DNA of 63,229 nt, filler included, from Reticulomyxa filosa (GCA_000512085.1; 23 parts of 23 records of this genome joined end to end with filler, not necessarily neighbours in it); one strand, 5' to 3'. Counted from the first letter of the whole stretch, positions 49,310-63,229 are shown. The notes: generated by a model not told the origin, from the letters alone. Numbers and translations are program-made.

Positions 49310-50357
49310 GAAATTGGCATTGGACAAAGTTGAAAGACAAAGACAAAATTAAATATCATGTTTATCAAATCCTTCATGAAGAAGAACTTGAATATGGATC
49401 AACTATTCCAAGTCAATCATTTATTTTGTACTATTGGATTGTTGAATATATAAATTGGGTCATTTGCAAGAATCAGGCGATACACTAGATTCAATGGCAC
49501 AATATGATGCATCAATAATATTTTTCCCGACAGCATCTAAAACTATATTCAACATACAGTCTATTCTTGAAAGCGATGTTGTCTAGAAAAAATGCAATCA
49601 GTTCCATTGATAAAAGTTCATCTGAATATTCATTTTTGAACATACGTTGCTGTGAACTTGAAGAAGTATTCCACAAAATCGATATTTACATTTTTACAAG
49701 TTGAAAGTTGCATCTAAGATACAATATCGAAATAATGCAAGACTAAATCCTACATTTCCAATATCGTCATCAAATGGAACACCGGCGTAATGGAAAGAAC
49801 AAAAAGTTGATGTGAATTGGGGACAAGTAGTTACTTTAATCTTTTTTCAATTGTCTTCAATTGATATGCTATTTCTTTGTATGTATAGATTTCAGACAAC
49901 AAGAAATGTTAAACCGTTATAGATTATGAATATTTTGTCCTGAGCAGAGTTGGCACGTATACACATTCCACTGCTGGCCATGTTATTGTTGAATCGAAGC
50001 ATGGAGCGTCTTATCATTGGCAGTAATGATATCGGCACTATTTATGAGCAACACGGTCCCCTCAAATAGTATTGCTACTTAACTTGCCTTTTAAATCGTG
50101 CCGCCACAAACAATAAATCGAATATGGCTAATCAACTTATTAGCACGGCTTCCAATTTATTAATGTCGTCGTCAAGTAAATTTATCATTTCGCTGACAAA
50201 GACATGGATACAATGTGCAGAAAACAAAAGAATCCAGATCGCGCTTAACAATATTGAGATCGACTTCACAAATTATCAATTAGCATACGAGAGGCAATCC
50301 GCAAATTACATCAACGCTCAAAATGCACTCCGTGTTACGAGTAAATACCGAGAATGA
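49310..50357 (+). pseudogene. Decayed coding region, family unidentified
   Basis: Protein-like fragments with stops and frameshifts downstream of an A-rich tract. Confidence 0.35.
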
Positions 50358-51184
50358 TAAAGACGATATGCTCTATTTAGAGGTATATATTGTTTTTATC
50401 ATATTTTAAGTTGTCGTAGTATATCTTAATCAAAACAATGTAAACATAGATCTTTCCATTGTAGAATAATGTACTTTAGGTTTAGAATGAAAGAAAGAGA
50501 AAGAGGAAAATAACAAAGACAAGAAGAAGGAGCACAAAAAGAAGAAGAAGAAAAGAAAAAAGTATATTAAGAAAAGAGGAAAAAAGAAGCAAAAAATGTA
50601 GACATATTGGCCATGTCAAGAAATATAACAAGGGGTGATGGATAGTTCAAGGAATGTAAATTGTCGAAAAAGAAATGAGATAACTTGAGTGAAGATGGCC
50701 AACACAACAAATCACTAAAATGCTTTAACATGTATTTCACCAAGACTATAAGTGATTATGGATGATATATGTATATGGAAATGAAACACAATGAAAATGG
50801 ATTGTTATGTGCTTGCAATTACATAACAGCGCTCAGATCAGTATGCATTACTTTCATTCGATAAACTCCAACTCAACAATGTACATAATCAACCAAATAT
50901 CAATCGTCGTCATTTACATGTATTTATGGTTATGCTATTTGTGACCTCCCCCCCTCCAGATGTCGACAAACCAAAGATGCATCAAAATATTTCCAAGACA
51001 CAATTGAAGTTGATTTGGTGGAAAATATTAAATTGTAGTCAAGTAAGATTGGCAGGAGATAATTAGACACATTGATTTGAATACTTTTCAAAAGAGGATT
51101 GAAGTTAACAAAACATTGATTATTTTTGTCTTTCTCTCTAGACAATTTGAATTAATTTGTTGTTTGTTTTTACAATAGCTAGAA

Positions 51185-51530
51185 TATGCTAAGTTAACAA
51201 GAAGTGGAGATAATGGAACCGCAAGTAAAGAAAAAGACACACTGAAGCAAATATTGCTGTCTTGGTGAGAGCGGAAGCGTCACAAAAACAACAAGAAAAT
51301 TTGTCGTGCAAACGATATCCAAAAAATAATAATGTGACCCTTTCACGTAAACAACATTAACTGCAATGAATAGTAGCAATGCAAAAAAAGCACGAAGAGA
51401 TTGGTTCGGAAAACAATATCGGTTTATCTATATTGTGAGTATCATTTACACGTAGTCAAACACAAATTTGGTGAATCTTTTCAAGGCGACATCCATCAAG
51501 GAAGTAATGGTCGTCTTTCTCACAATGCAC
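51185..51530 (-). pseudogene. Glycerophosphocholine acyltransferase (GPC1/DUF2838)-like remnant
   Basis: YVKGSHYYFLDIVCTTNFLVVF...LLQCVFFFTCGSI resembles the HYFLxDFCYFxN...FxFxxG motif; flanked by stops. Confidence 0.45.
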
Positions 51531-53286
51531 AAACTATCAATATCATATCTCGTCATCATAATAATACCTGCGTTTTCAAGAGCCACTCCGCTTTACCAAA
51601 TACGCGAACAGTCCTGTTATCATAAACATGAACTCAATCCAATATTCTGCGTCAAAGCAATGTCGTTCCCCTTGCATTCATTTATGTCCAGAGACAAAGA
51701 GACAGCTCAACACATTGTACAATGATCAAACCATTGTATTAAATGTGAATAGAGCAAGTCCATGAATACTGCTTTCCAATTGGTTGGCCCCGTTTCGTTG
51801 CTATTTCGTCATGCGCACTTGAGATAACGTTGAGATTATGGTTTAATCTTGGAATCGTAATTGTGTCAATGTATCTCATCTTTCTTCTTCTTCTTCGCTT
51901 ATTGCATTGGCTGCTGCCAAAGGCGCTTTCGATTGTATTATCATCGTTACATTTAAGATTTAATGTATATTGCAAAGCGTGCTGTTGCCAAAGCAAATTA
52001 AAGACACTTATTACGGATTCGGAATGTACACAAACCACACGGAAATGAAAAATAGCACTGCCACAATACAACATTGATTCTTCCTTATTTTGTTTTTTCT
52101 TTTTATGTAATTCTCATTGTGTGCTTTGTGGTTATCACTTAGACACAAATGATTGTATCCAATTGTTGTTTTGCTGTTTTTCAGTGTAGTCACATTTTTG
52201 AAATCTTCTTTGACTAGCCTTAATTCGCATCAATGTATGAACCAGTCTATTTCTGCAGTTGAAAACATCTCGTCTCCAAAGTGTTTCCTCCTTGGAGAGT
52301 TCGTTTGTGCATTTATTTTTCTATCTCACCAAATTTTTGTGATGAATAATGTTACTTGAGAAAAAAAGACAACATCCTTTTCTTTCTAAAAATAACAAAA
52401 AAAGTGAAAAGATAGAGAAACACGAGTTATTCTTTAATGTGATCTAACTGATTGAAAAAACATTTGTAAAAAAAAAAAAAAAACGAATGAACAAATGATC
52501 CCCACAATAAGTTAACACATTTTAAACAACGTACACAAAAATGTAAAAAGATACACACATACAAAAAAAATCAAATCACCTGGAACATGTACAAATATAT
52601 AAGATCACAACTAATTCAAAATTTTTTTTAAAAAAAAAAAGTAATCAGCAAGGAGCAAAGAGACAGTAGCATGTTGTGACGTGGTCTCAGTGCCACTAAA
52701 GTATAGCAGGAACTGGTAAGACGGTCCAGGCATGGATGGTTCTTGTGAAGTGAAGTTATAATTTGTATCATTTTCCAAATGATATAAGTGCAGTTGAGCT
52801 TATTCTGAGTGACCTCGAAAATGTACTGTGTCAGTGCATTGACAAAGGCCATGAAGGTCATTTGTCCAGGGGGGGGGGTGTTCTTTCATCCGTATACGTA
52901 GATAGCGGTCATATCACTGACGCCATTCGAAAATATATGACTGGAAAAAGCCTTGCGAAAACTCAAACAACTTGCTTGTGTTCGAGCGCGCCATGTGTTA
53001 ATGTCGNNNNNNNNNNNNNNNNNNNNNNNNNNNNNNNNNNNNNNNNNNNNTTAATTAATTAANNNNNNNNNNNNNNNNNNNNNNNNNNNNNNNNNNNNNN
53101 NNNNNNTTGGAATCATTGGGATATCCTCATAATCCTTACGACTATTATCGCAGAATAGATGCATGACTTGGTGCGATTACGCTCAAAACAACAATCATAA
53201 AAACTACAACCCAACCAAATATTACCGTCGTTTTTGGTAATGTGACAAATGCAACCGTGTATTTATTTCAAATTCATGTGCATATG

Positions 53287-53329
<43 letters not shown>

Positions 53330-53402
53330 TGTTTGTTCGTTTGTTTGTTTTGGAACAAACTACGTGGAAGAGGAAATATTATATGTGTCGTGAACACAAA
53401 GT

Positions 53403-53966
53403 GTGCGGAGAAAAGACGAAAGAGTAGACTTTGTGGAACTAAAAGAAGATGACTCTGGTGTCATTTTTGTATATGGATGGTATGAACCACTGACAGACGA
53501 GGAAAATCATCAAATTTGCTGGGAATGGGGAAATCAATGTACTCGAGGTATCAATTGCAATTGGAGACATTGGGATGCTCAACACAAAAGAGATATTTTG
53601 ACCAAGTGGAGGCCCACGGGATTCTACTTGGATAACGATACCACATTGACTTCGAAGCGTGAAGATCCTCCAAGGAAATATGGACCTACTGAAAATGACC
53701 CGACTGTGCTCCCGACCTATTTTAACTCTTTTTTGAACACAATACAAACCTCTTCCAAATCCTCCGATCCATCCAACAAAATATTGAACGAAGAGGAGGA
53801 AAAGACAGTTTCCTACACCACTAAACAGATCGAATCCATGAGAAATGTTCTAATTCAAGTTTATACTTCTTTGAAGAAATTGCCCCAAGACAAAAACAAG
53901 GAAATGGAAAAAATTTTTACTTTGTTTGAAACTGTAAATTTTGTCTTACCCAAATTTCCTCAGTGA
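53403..53966 (+). CDS. CCCH zinc-finger-containing protein, terminal exon
   Basis: ICWEWGNQCTRGINCNWRH (C-x6-C-x5-C-x3-H) within a 187-codon frame. Confidence 0.55.
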   Translation: MRRKDERVDFVELKEDDSGVIFVYGWYEPLTDEENHQICWEWGNQCTRGINCNWRHWDAQHKRDILTKWRPTGFYLDNDTTLTSKREDPPRKYGPTENDPTVLPTYFNSFLNTIQTSSKSSDPSNKILNEEEEKTVSYTTKQIESMRNVLIQVYTSLKKLPQDKNKEMEKIFTLFETVNFVLPKFPQ

Positions 53967-54569
53967 GTGGACCACAAGTAATTTTTCTACATTATTCACT
54001 TCACCTTTTTTTCTTGTCGTTATATAATCTGCTTTATACACATTCTCATCACAATCCATTTCTTAGCAACGTATTAACGGACAATTGCCATTTTGAAGAA
54101 TAAGAAGAACTCACATAGCAATTTTTAGTCCAATAATGTTAGGTCCTCCTTCATTGTGCATGATAATTAACCAAGTAAAAATTTACGATTTAACAGTTTT
54201 TTTTTAATGTTAAGGGGACTAGGAAAAAAAAAATTGAATTAAAATAAATTTTTGCAAAGTACTTTTTCCATTTTTTATTTGACTATTTACCGCAACATGT
54301 ATTGAATTTCTAATTTTCAAGAAAGAGCAATCTTCTTCTAGAGGATCCATTTTTTTTATTCTTGCTGTTAGTCGATTGTTGATTTTTTATGATTTAAATA
54401 TTCTGCAGAAAAAAGATTATTGTACTAAATTAGTACAACTTAAATTCGTGTGGATTAATTCATTGACAGCTCGCTGTCAATCATTTTTTTTTATTTTATT
54501 TTTAATACTAACAAAATATTAAAATATTTATTATAGATATAAAATATATTCATAATTTAGACATTTTGA

Positions 54570-54815
54570 TTATACTCCAAATTAATTAATACACTAATCG
54601 AACATAATATTGTGGTGTACATTATTTATTATTCGACATTTGATGATCGTATATTAATCTGTTCTGGATCATTGATTGAAAAGTTCGTGTATGTAGTGCC
54701 AATAACAACAAACAAATTCAATTATTCAATTGACATTCATTCGAATCTTATTGTGTAAAATTTTCATCATATCATTACAATAATTATCTCCAAAATGTCA
54801 TTTGTTCTTCATTAA
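54570..54815 (+). pseudogene. Decayed WD40-family fragment
   Basis: STFDDRILICSGSL...KVRVC..NNNKQIQLFN*H...YCVKFSSYHYNNYLQNVICSS parallels 25640-25820. Confidence 0.7.
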
Positions 54816-55329
54816 ATGAAAATAAAGAGAAGACAAAGAATGATATATATGATTTGAATTTGTATTATCATTCATACAGCTGCGACAAAAAAAAAATAGA
54901 CAAACCTAAAATATGAACTTTTTGTGTTTCTAACGAAAATTTGAGTAGCAAATTGTGATGATTTTTTATGGTTTACTGGATATACGTTTACACTTTTATA
55001 AGTAGTTTGTAAAAACAATAAACAAAAATTTAGAAAAGTTTTGGAAGAAAAAAATTTCAAAAATGATTGTAAGTGAGTAGTTTTACTGTTGGACTTGCTT
55101 AGTTGCGGTCACAATTTTCAATATAAANNNNNNNNNNNNNNNNNNNNNNNNNNNNNNNNNNNNNNNNNNNNTTAATTAATTAANNNNNNNNNNNNNNNNN
55201 NNNNNNNNNNNNNNNNNNNNNNNNNNNAAACAAAAGCAAATAATTTCTATCTTTTTCTGATAACCATACCACAAAAAAATCAAAGATAATCCGGTAAATC
55301 ACAAATCAAATGCAGACATAAAACATTTA

Positions 55330-56520
55330 CAAATCACTTCCTTTAATCAATTGATAGCATGCAGTGCGAATATAAAGCTTTTTCTTTGGTGACTAGATCG
55401 ATCAAGGCGAAACCTTTCACATGTTTTTCCATTAGTCTTTTCTTCGTGCGTTGTAGTTACTCAAAATTTTGGACCAAGACTCGGACCGTGCCAATCCAAT
55501 TTACAAATTTCAAAGACGCGAACTCGGGGCGCTGCTTCTACGGTACTTTTTTTAAAGCAAATACTGGGCTGTTCACTCGCGCCGATGGTCACACGCATAT
55601 ACAATTTGCTCGCTTCATCTTCTTTGTACGTCTGTGTTTGAAAAGAGAAAAAAAAGGACGTTTTTTTTAATACAAAAAAAAAATGAAGTAGGCCTTTAAC
55701 ATTGACAGCGTAAGAATAGATTATGCCATTTCCATTAAATGCTTCGTATGTGCTCAGTGGCACTTAACCGAATGGATATTTACAGCTCCGTTTTCATTGT
55801 CGATAGCCGGCGCCCAAGCGAAGTCTAATTCCTGTTTCAAGACATATTACAGAAATAGCTCCTTCCTTTTTTTTCTGCAACAAAGATTCAATATGCATAT
55901 GCATATTTACAAATCGATTGATAGATTGAAAAAAAGCAAAGACAAAACTTCACAAATTGTTTAATCGGGCATATATTTTCCATTTGTAACTCTTATGAGT
56001 TTAATGATATGATTTGCATTGTTCATAAACTGAGCTGGGACAATCTTTTGGCCTCCTTGGAATTCAATGCTAACACTAACCATTCTTCCAGTCTTGTTGC
56101 CTATATTGTGACAGAGAGACACATTCACATCCGTTGTGCGCGCCATTCAATGACAGAGGATATGTTTTATTAGTCAACAACAAAAAATCAATCACTAACT
56201 TGATCATTTGATTCAACGAATGCCAAAATTATATTACAATTTGAAGCAAGTATTTATTCCAAATCATTTACAAAGTCCAATTGAACACAATGTCCATTGA
56301 AACTTTGAGCGTTTGCGGGAACAGCCATTTCCGAGTTCAGGTGTTTAATCTCGGTTTCTTTGTGATCTCCATGTCCAGCAGCGACATCTTCAAATCAAAT
56401 TCAGTGAATTTTTAATTGTACGAGTGCGAATAGCCAAGAGAGACCCAAATTGAGAAATTTCTGCTTGTTCTTTTCAGTGACAACGTAGAAGCTTGATTGC
56501 TCTTATTTCTTCTTCTGCTT
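55330..56520 (-). pseudogene. Decayed multi-exon coding region, unidentified
   Basis: Exon-like blocks with in-frame stops. Confidence 0.3.
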
Positions 56521-57389
56521 GATATTTCACAAATCACACATGTTTGTATTTGCTTCATCAACTAAAAAAATATATTCAATTGATCATTCTTTGTATAATG
56601 TTAGTGTTGAAATATGAGGATAACTCAAAGACAATACGAACGATATTCGCTGTTAATAGAATTAAATATTGTTTTTGTGGTTTGATAAGTTCTAGGAGAT
56701 TGCAATAGACTGAGATCGCGTCGCTGTTGATACATTCAAATCGTTGTTTCTTGCTCCATTTCCCGATTATTTGTTACCAATATTCTTCGTACTGCTTCTT
56801 TTTCTTTTTTTCCTTCAACTCCTTATTTTTCTTTTTCTTACTTTTGGCCTCTTTTTATATCTTCCCAACGAGATAAAAGCAATTGACACAAATTATTCTT
56901 TTTCTATACATTTCAAACATTTTTTAGATTTCAAATAAATGACAAATTTAAAAAAGATACTTAACTAGCAGAACATCAACTTTTTTTTTTCATTTTTTTT
57001 CATTTTATTTCTTCTTTTTTCATTTTTATCTTTTTTTATCTTATTTTTTCCTTTTTTATTTTTTAAAATTTCTTTTATAATTTTTTTCCCTAATTTTTTT
57101 TACTAATTTTTATCCACTTTTTCCCATTATTTTTCCAATATTTTTTCACTAATTTATTATCAACATTCTTTTTTTTAAAAAAAAAACAATCTTCTCGAGT
57201 CTTGAACGTCTGTCAAACAACAAATAACTTTTTTATTTTTTAAGAAAAAAACAAATAAAAATAATACCTTGTCGAACGGAGCATAGCTCCAATTTCAAAT
57301 CCAATTCCTATTTTTTTCTTATAATGCGATACAATGCATCCAAAAAAATAATTTTTGTTTATATATTGAGGGGACAAAAAAATACATTT

Positions 57390-57670
57390 TTTCATTGACG
57401 GGGGCATGCCTATTAATAAAGACAAACAGACAAAATAATATTTTTTAATAAACAAAACATACACACAAATGTACAAACCCTTATTATTTTTTTTCCATGC
57501 GGAGTGGACTTCAACCCCTTATTTTTTCTTCACAGATAAGGGGAGGGTAAACTTTTCTTTTTTTTCGAGCTGGTAATGGCTGTTACAAACAAATCACAAT
57601 TTAATATGAAAAATAAATAAATAAATAAATTGCAAACCTTTTTAACTCCTTTCGGAGACGGGGGCGTACA
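57390..57670 (-). repeat. Second locus of the ~156-bp hairpin-containing repeat
   Basis: Minus strand reads CCCCCGTCTCCGAAAGGAG...TACCCTCCC...GGTTGAAGTCCA, in the same order as 36040-36200. Confidence 0.7.
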
Positions 57671-58399
57671 CAATGTTATCAATTTTTTTATTTGCATATG
57701 GATCCTTTTTTTTATCAAAGTGGGCAATCTGTTCAAACAACAATCATATTTTTTTTTTAATCAAAGAAAATATACAAAAAACAATACCATTGCATTGAAC
57801 TCAGTCCACAAGTGAAAATAGACAAATATTGAGATTTCGGTACGTTGATGGAGATACTTGACTAATCAAACGAATGGCACTATTCGTTGATATCATATAC
57901 ACTGCTGCAAACATTTCTCATGAACTGACCTCAAAATTGTCAAATGCTTTACCTTGCGAGACCACGTTCAAAAGACTTATTTTTTTTTCCACACAATTGA
58001 TAATTTACACACAAACTTTTAATGTTCAAACAAATATATATACTTAAAAAATAAATAAATAAAAAAAGTCAAAACTTCAATTGTTTTATTTTTGGCATCC
58101 GCAATAACAGTAACACAGTTTCTGACAATTGCAACTCATTTTTCACCATAAGACATAGATTTGCCAATATTATAACATTTTCATCTGTTACGCAATGTAC
58201 TACATTATTTCTGGGCTCCAAGCAATTGCTTATTGTTTTGATTCTGGCGCTATTCTTGCTATATATTTCCACGAGTTTGTTGTATTTTCCATCATTTCAA
58301 TCAATAAACTAAATTCGACCAATCCTGTATGTCACATATATATAACACATAAATTTTTTTTTTGCAATACGTATAAGTTAGTTATAAAAAAGACAATTC

Positions 58400-59623
58400 T
58401 TACCATCAATTCCAAAGGCAAGTGTGGCTCAAGTGTTTTATATGTTTGCCATTGATTGCTACCAGAATTTTGGACGATGCTTTCGGCTTTGTCAACGTTG
58501 AGTGATTTCAACTTTGATTTTGGACATTTGTCCCATGTCAGTCGTCCAACAGCATCTCCATACAATTCAACACCAGGTCATGACAAATACTTTGATCGTA
58601 TGTATTTGTGTAAAAAGACAATTTAATAATAAATATTACACACGATATACATATATGTATAATGTACAAATACATATATAAGTTATACCTAATTGATGTT
58701 GCTATTTCTGCCAAGCATGAAAATACGGAATCTGGAAAAGTAATGCGATGTTTCAATATGCCATTTGTGCGTCATTCCGGCTTTGAGCAACGCTTTGTCG
58801 TCCACATGCTGCCGCAGATGGATCCAGGCTAATCAGTCGTCACTTCCCTCAAATATCCAAAAGCGCAATGCTTCCGTGTCACAATGTGTAATACGACAAG
58901 AGCATTTTGATGTCTTTCAAGTCGATGACTTCTGGTGAGTCTCGGTCGCAAATCTCACCAAAGCGCGTCCACACAAAGCGGACAACGGCGCAGAATCTAT
59001 CATTAAGGACAATGCGTCAACATTGAACAATCGTAAATCGACTGGGTTTGTACATTGTCGCTCTCCTCCATTTGTGTCTAAAAAGTAAAGCATCACAACG
59101 TGATATCGGATTGTCCATGTATGCGCCGCACCTTTTCGATTTAACGACTTGTCGTTGTTGTGAGTGATCATAGTCACCCATTGTCCATTGACACCATCCG
59201 TGTTGTCATCACTTGCTTCAAATTTCCAATTACGCAAGCATTCGGTAATGCAGCATCTTTTTTTTTTTAATAAAATTATTAAATCATTCATTTGACGATA
59301 TATAAAAACAACAAATAAAAGTGTCGAAACTTCAATGAGTAATGAGTGGGAATGATTTTGATATTTTTAAAGTCAATTACAAACCACGACAACTTCTTTT
59401 GATCTGTGACACAACGAACAAGCTCACAACCGACCACACAATGTGCATGCTTGCTGTCCGCAGTGAGAGATGAGTACAGCACACGAGTATGCCCACGCAA
59501 TGCTGGATTTTGCCACGTGTCCAATCCTTTGTTCGTGCCCAACCAATGGCAAGCATCATTGGTATCAAAATCGTGTGAATACACAAATAACAGCAACCCT
59601 TTTGTGTGGTTTCCAGTGTGCAT
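58400..59623 (-). pseudogene. Tandem HECTD1-type SUN/galactose-binding-like domains, disrupted
   Basis: FVYSHDFDTN...WLGTNKG..WQNPA...WFVIDF...PTHYSL...LRNWKFEAS...HNNDKSL...TW, then a second copy ALRFWIFEGSDD*LAWIHLRQHVDDKAL...FSRFRIFMLGRN...YLS*PGVELYG. Confidence 0.75.
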
Positions 59624-61969
59624 TTCAACACAATTGAAAAAACAACTATTGCGTTACTGACATTGTTATTGTTATTTATTAATTTGTCTATTGCATTGAA
59701 ACAAAAAAAAGATGTTATATCATAGAGAGATCAAGTAGAAACAAACACTTGCTTATTTGTTGCAACACCGGTTCTTGCAGCTCACTATATATTCCAAATT
59801 CTGATATTGCCAAAAACTATTATTGTTATTATTATTTTAATTTGGTCATTACCACACAAATATGTTATACACGAACAATAAGACAATTCAAAACATCAAA
59901 CATCTTTTTAAAAAAAAAGTTCCAAAAAGCGTCGACCCTATAACAAAAACAAAAATAGAAAAAGTAAAAGTTAACATAATGTCGGTTGTAGTTGAAATCC
60001 ATCTTACGAACTCGAAACATTAAGTATTTTTCATCACAACTGATTTTCCACGTGTACGTACATCCTTTCCCATTTAAATCGCAGTTGTTTACGTGATTTC
60101 GAACGCAAAAAAAACTTTGGCTATTGTTGGATCCCTATTTTATCCAATTCGAGTTTGTTTGTTTATACAAAAGCAAGCAATAAAGAAAAAAAAAGGAGAA
60201 ATACCTCAAACTCCCACGAGCTATAGTGTCNNNNNNNNNNNNNNNNNNNNNNNNNNNNNNNNNNNNNNNNNNNNTTAATTAATTAANNNNNNNNNNNNNN
60301 NNNNNNNNNNNNNNNNNNNNNNNNNNNNNNAAAACACACATCTTTAAACAAAGGATTAGCTTTTGTCTTATTGTGCTGTCTTTGGAATATTGAAGTCTTC
60401 ATTTCTTCAATCTCTCTCTGAAATAATAATAATAACATTTATTGATAAGTCATTTGCATATATAATGTAAAATATAATTGAAATTTTCTTCTACAATATT
60501 CATAACAAATAATCAATACTAATTTCAAAAAGAAAAGAGTTAACAAACTTGATCCGTACATAAAACAAATGTGATGAAATTGGAGGTTCTACGCTTGCAG
60601 TTTTGTTATCAAACACAACTGAAGAAGTTTTATGATTTTGGTTAATTATGTTTAATCATATTTTTTTGTTTGAATGATTTGCATGTTGAATATTATTAGT
60701 TTTGTTTTTTGTATTTTTTGTTTTAGAATTGATAAAATTATTGAAGTAAATACCATTTGAATAAAGATAAAAAAGATATTTACATCTTGTGTCATACACA
60801 AATTGTAATAAATTAAACAAATTATGTTTTGGTAATTCTAATTAGAAAATCAATCGTATAAAAAATTGACAATGTTGTCCATATTCGTGTAAAGAACAAA
60901 TTAAAATACGAAATAAAACCAAAATCAAAGTCATATGTAAAGATAAAATTTTATCATGTATTTAATTGTGCTTCTTCAAAATGTATTTCATAATAATTTG
61001 ATCTTCTCATAATTGTACATATGAAAAAAATTCATTTTTTTATAAAATTGCAATGCCATCAAGTGTTACAGATGCAAAATTGATATTCAAAATAAAGAAT
61101 TAAATGTAACATAATACAAATGTTGAAAAAATTAGATACAAAATTATCACATCCACTTTGGCAATATATCGAATCAGAATTTTTCTTTACATACATTATT
61201 TGTTATCTTTTTGATGTCAATTCAACGGAAATAATTTGAATTTTAATCAAATCAGAGATAATTGAAAAAAAACATGATACTTTTCATTTTTGTTTTGATG
61301 AATTTGATTATTGTCAAAGCCTATGATAAAAAAATCAGAAACAGTCAACAAAATTATAATCAAATATGTCAAAAGAGATTAAACAAGTCGCTGGATGCAC
61401 TTAATAAATCATTTTTCGACACCAATCTTGAACAGTTGTAAATAATGCACAGTGTAAAGCATTAGACATACTACTTTCTTTTAAAGTTTTTATTAGGCAG
61501 TAAAGTTATTATTTTTCTTTAATTGAAAAAAAAAAGAGAAATTTTTGTTGTATAAACATACTTTGAATTTCAAAGAATCTTGGGTAAAGTATAATATTCA
61601 AAATGGCTATCTTTTAAAGCCAAAATTAAACATTTTTTTATTGGAAGTATTTTTACGATGACAATGATTGTCATGATGAATGAGCAAAGATATGTCATTA
61701 TATTATATGGACACAATGACGATGGATTTTTGACTATTTGGTCAACCATATGATGATATGAAATTGCTAATTTATCATTGTCGATTAGCTGCGTGAAAAA
61801 GGTTGTCAAATCCAAATATAAAAGTGGATATCTATTGAAGCAAATGCTGAACAATATCAAACAAGGTATGAGTGCAAGTAAAAATTGTGAATGATATTGT
61901 GGAAAATCAAGATACTATTGATTATACAGCATATTGTAAAAAAAACTGCCATACCTGAATGTCATTATA

Positions 61970-62060
61970 CAGTAGGTTGCAAAGAAAACTGAACGCCTAA
62001 AACGGTATCATATGATGATAATCGATTTTCTCCATGAAAAATAAAGATTTAAACCTAATT
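61970..62060 (+). mobile_element. Tc1-like terminus at contig end
   Basis: TA|CAGTAGGTTGCAAAGAAAACTGAACG; aligns with the reverse complement of 23910-23999. Confidence 0.7.
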
Positions 62061-62239
62061 NNNNNNNNNNNNNNNNNNNNNNNNNNNNNNNNNNNNNNNN
62101 NNNNTTAATTAATTAANNNNNNNNNNNNNNNNNNNNNNNNNNNNNNNNNNNNNNNNNNNNAAAGAATTGCATTTGAAGAACTCTTTGCCCGTTCACATTA
62201 CCAATATGGATACGAAACTTTGAGTGTGGGCTTCGCTGC

Positions 62240-62875
62240 TTGGGACTGAGCCCGTGGCAAAATTAAGCGATGTTAAATTCATTGAAATTTAGCAAAGGTG
62301 AAGAAGTGGTCGTTTTGGAGTTGCTCAATGTACATAGGGGGCTCATGACGGAAAAGTCAATGCTGTGGGAGTTGCCGACGGTGACGATGATATGATTAAC
62401 ACAAGAAGCAAAAACATCAAAGTGATAAAGAAATGTTGGAAATTGAACTCAATGATTGGTGGACCAATGACTGCGATGTAAAAAATATATCCAAATTCAC
62501 AATAACGACAAAAAAAGACTCGACTTATCTTGTGTTATCATATTTGTATACGTTTCAATACAATGGATACTTGCTCGTTGCCGTTATGTGGCAAACATAA
62601 TATGAAAGGAAAGTATGAAAAACGCTTGGCAACAAAGGATCATTGCATAAAGATCAGACTGAGACCAATTCAAATAAGAGATGCGTCATTTGGAAACATC
62701 CCCTCCTACAAAAAGCATGGCGGTGAATTTGATTGACGTGGCTGTCGGCGATCGAATTCGAGTCTTGCGAAATAAAACAGGAGTGTACACTATCTTGGCG
62801 ATGTGAAAACGTATTGAAATTGAGCTGGATAGTTGGCATTCTAACACAATCGACGGAACTGTGCGAAGAAAGACT
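62240..62875 (+). pseudogene. Decayed tandem CAP-Gly domain gene
   Basis: VAVGDRIRVLRNKTGV...IEIELDSWHSNTIDGTV, and upstream VKFI...GAHDGKV, with frameshifts and stops. Confidence 0.6.
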
Positions 62876-63229
62876 TATTTCAAAGTTAGTTTCAATTTAA
62901 TTATGTATTTATTCTTGTTTGTTTTAATTTCGTCTTATTGCATTTAGTGCGCTTCTGATATCACTTCGTTGTGGAGAATCTAGGAACAGTTGTATGATTT
63001 ATTTATTTGTTTTTTAAAAAAAAAAAAAGTACTTGATTGTTTTTGGATTTTGTTTTGATGTAGGAAAGCAAACTGACGACAATAACGATAACGACCTCCA
63101 CAATCGTCATTACGGTCCGAAAACCTCAAATACGATCCTCCAATTGAAACTATTCAATCCCAACGATCGCACAATCTTCGTCAATGGAGACAATAGGTGT
63201 TATCAAATACATTGGTTATCCTCCTTTTT

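Noticed and set aside
8485-62160. Regularly recurring TTAATTAATTAA motif as a CRISPR-like or biological repeat
   Set aside because: It is always centred in exactly 88 N; a synthetic six-frame-stop linker.

Overview
This is not one locus. It is 23 short, unlinked draft-assembly contigs joined by 22 identical artificial 100-bp spacers (44 N + TTAATTAATTAA + 44 N), so adjacency across spacers has no biological meaning. Most contigs come from an AT-rich, intron-rich eukaryote. The gene families (expanded zinc-finger/WD40, CAP-Gly and coiled-coil families with many decayed copies) suggest a foraminiferan such as Reticulomyxa filosa, which is inference from family style only. Recognisable eukaryotic genes: an Rpn13/ADRM1 PRU-domain protein, two head-to-head NDUFB7 paralogs, NAA10/ARD1, an ArfGAP-PH protein, an RRM protein, an aberrant eRF1 N-terminus, GEN1, a WD40 protein, a C2 protein, Sec61-alpha, a PXK-like pseudokinase, and many pseudogenes. 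Two contigs (8585-10022 and 47304-48913) are GC-rich bacterial DNA: an iron-containing ADH with a LysR gene, and a circularly permuted ATP-grasp gene behind a sigma-54-type promoter. No single multi-gene novel system can be demonstrated. The best leads are GEN1 fused to three RanBP2/NZF zinc fingers, Rpn13 carrying a CUE-like domain, an eRF1 copy with altered stop-codon-decoding residues, splice sites with GTY donors and poly-A acceptors, a Tc1-like terminal-repeat family at contig ends, a ~156-bp hairpin-containing repeat shared by two contigs, and a ~127-bp fold-back element.
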